Source: Acetofilamentum sp.
GTDB lineage: Bacteria; Hydrothermota; 32-111
DNA: 64,000 bases
Direction of reading: 5' to 3'
Assembly: GCA_020721805.1 (NCBI GenBank)
Contig: DYMB01000001.1
Location: 243,149 to 307,148 of the forward strand
The notes under the pieces are model-generated. The model was not told where the DNA came from. It saw nothing but the letters and a program-made list of their open reading frames with translations, and made no database searches. The translations under genes and the position numbers were made by a program. Every line of letters begins with the position of its first letter. The first letter of the stretch is position 1. Shown here piece after piece: positions 63,771 through 64,000 of the stretch.

Positions 63771-64000
63771 ATGAAATTTTTTATTGATAGTGCTAACCTT
63801 GATGAGATAAAAGATCTTGCAAATCAGGGGATAGTGGATGGTGTAACAACCAATCCAACCCTTATCGCAAAAGAAATAAAAAGAACTGGTAAAAAGATGG
63901 AAGAGATAATAAAAGAAATATCGATTATAGTCAAAGGACCAATTTCTGCAGAGGTTTTATCAAATGAATATCAGGGTATGATAGATGAGGCTGTAAAACT
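63771..64000 (+). CDS. Transaldolase / fructose-6-phosphate aldolase family (TalC/FSA), 3'-truncated by the window edge
   Basis: SD AGGAGG; [12 protein letters not shown]......[11 protein letters not shown]...GPISAEV (not in the ORF track). Confidence 0.9.
   Translation, partial: MKFFIDSANLDEIKDLANQGIVDGVTTNPTLIAKEIKRTGKKMEEIIKEISIIVKGPISAEVLSNEYQGMIDEAVK

Overview
A low-GC (roughly 30% by eye), gene-dense stretch of core bacterial chromosome with no CRISPR array, transposase, integrase or prophage gene that I can recognise. T9SS-like C-terminal sorting domains, a long SecA and a DUF4175-like gene point to an anaerobic diderm of the FCB superphylum, possibly WOR-3/TA06-like (inference only). 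From left to right: a 5'-truncated NSS transporter; tRNA-Leu and tRNA-Phe; three exported proteins with T9SS-like tails (two S8 proteases and a BNR beta-propeller), the largest behind a near-perfect sigma54 promoter; lgt-pepP-PHP phosphatase divergent from a class V aminotransferase and serA; and a DUF4175-like/helical/GATase-like envelope module. A long minus-strand run follows: tRNA-Lys, cNMP-binding protein, tRNA-Glu, tRNA-Val, thrS, L20 leader, infC, rpmI, rplT, lipoprotein, zapB-like, zapA, 6S RNA, rny, ymdB, folD, xseAB, ispA, DUF212, dxs, secA, ligA, tandem thyX, GT4. Then come a candidate ~60-nt anti-SD sRNA; yceD-rpmF-plsX-fabHDG-acpP-fabF-rnc-etfBA; a GT2/SDR/DegT/methyltransferase/YfhO-like GT-C cluster; an M1 aminopeptidase; a sensor-like coiled-coil protein; leuS; truA; and a 3'-truncated transaldolase. 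The best candidate for an undescribed system is a protein or envelope glycosylation pathway: exported proteins are about 5-fold enriched (hand count) in the Bacteroidota D-[S/T]-hydrophobic O-glycosylation sequon, and a lipid-carrier glycosylation cluster sits in the same window. All calls were made by eye, without database searches.
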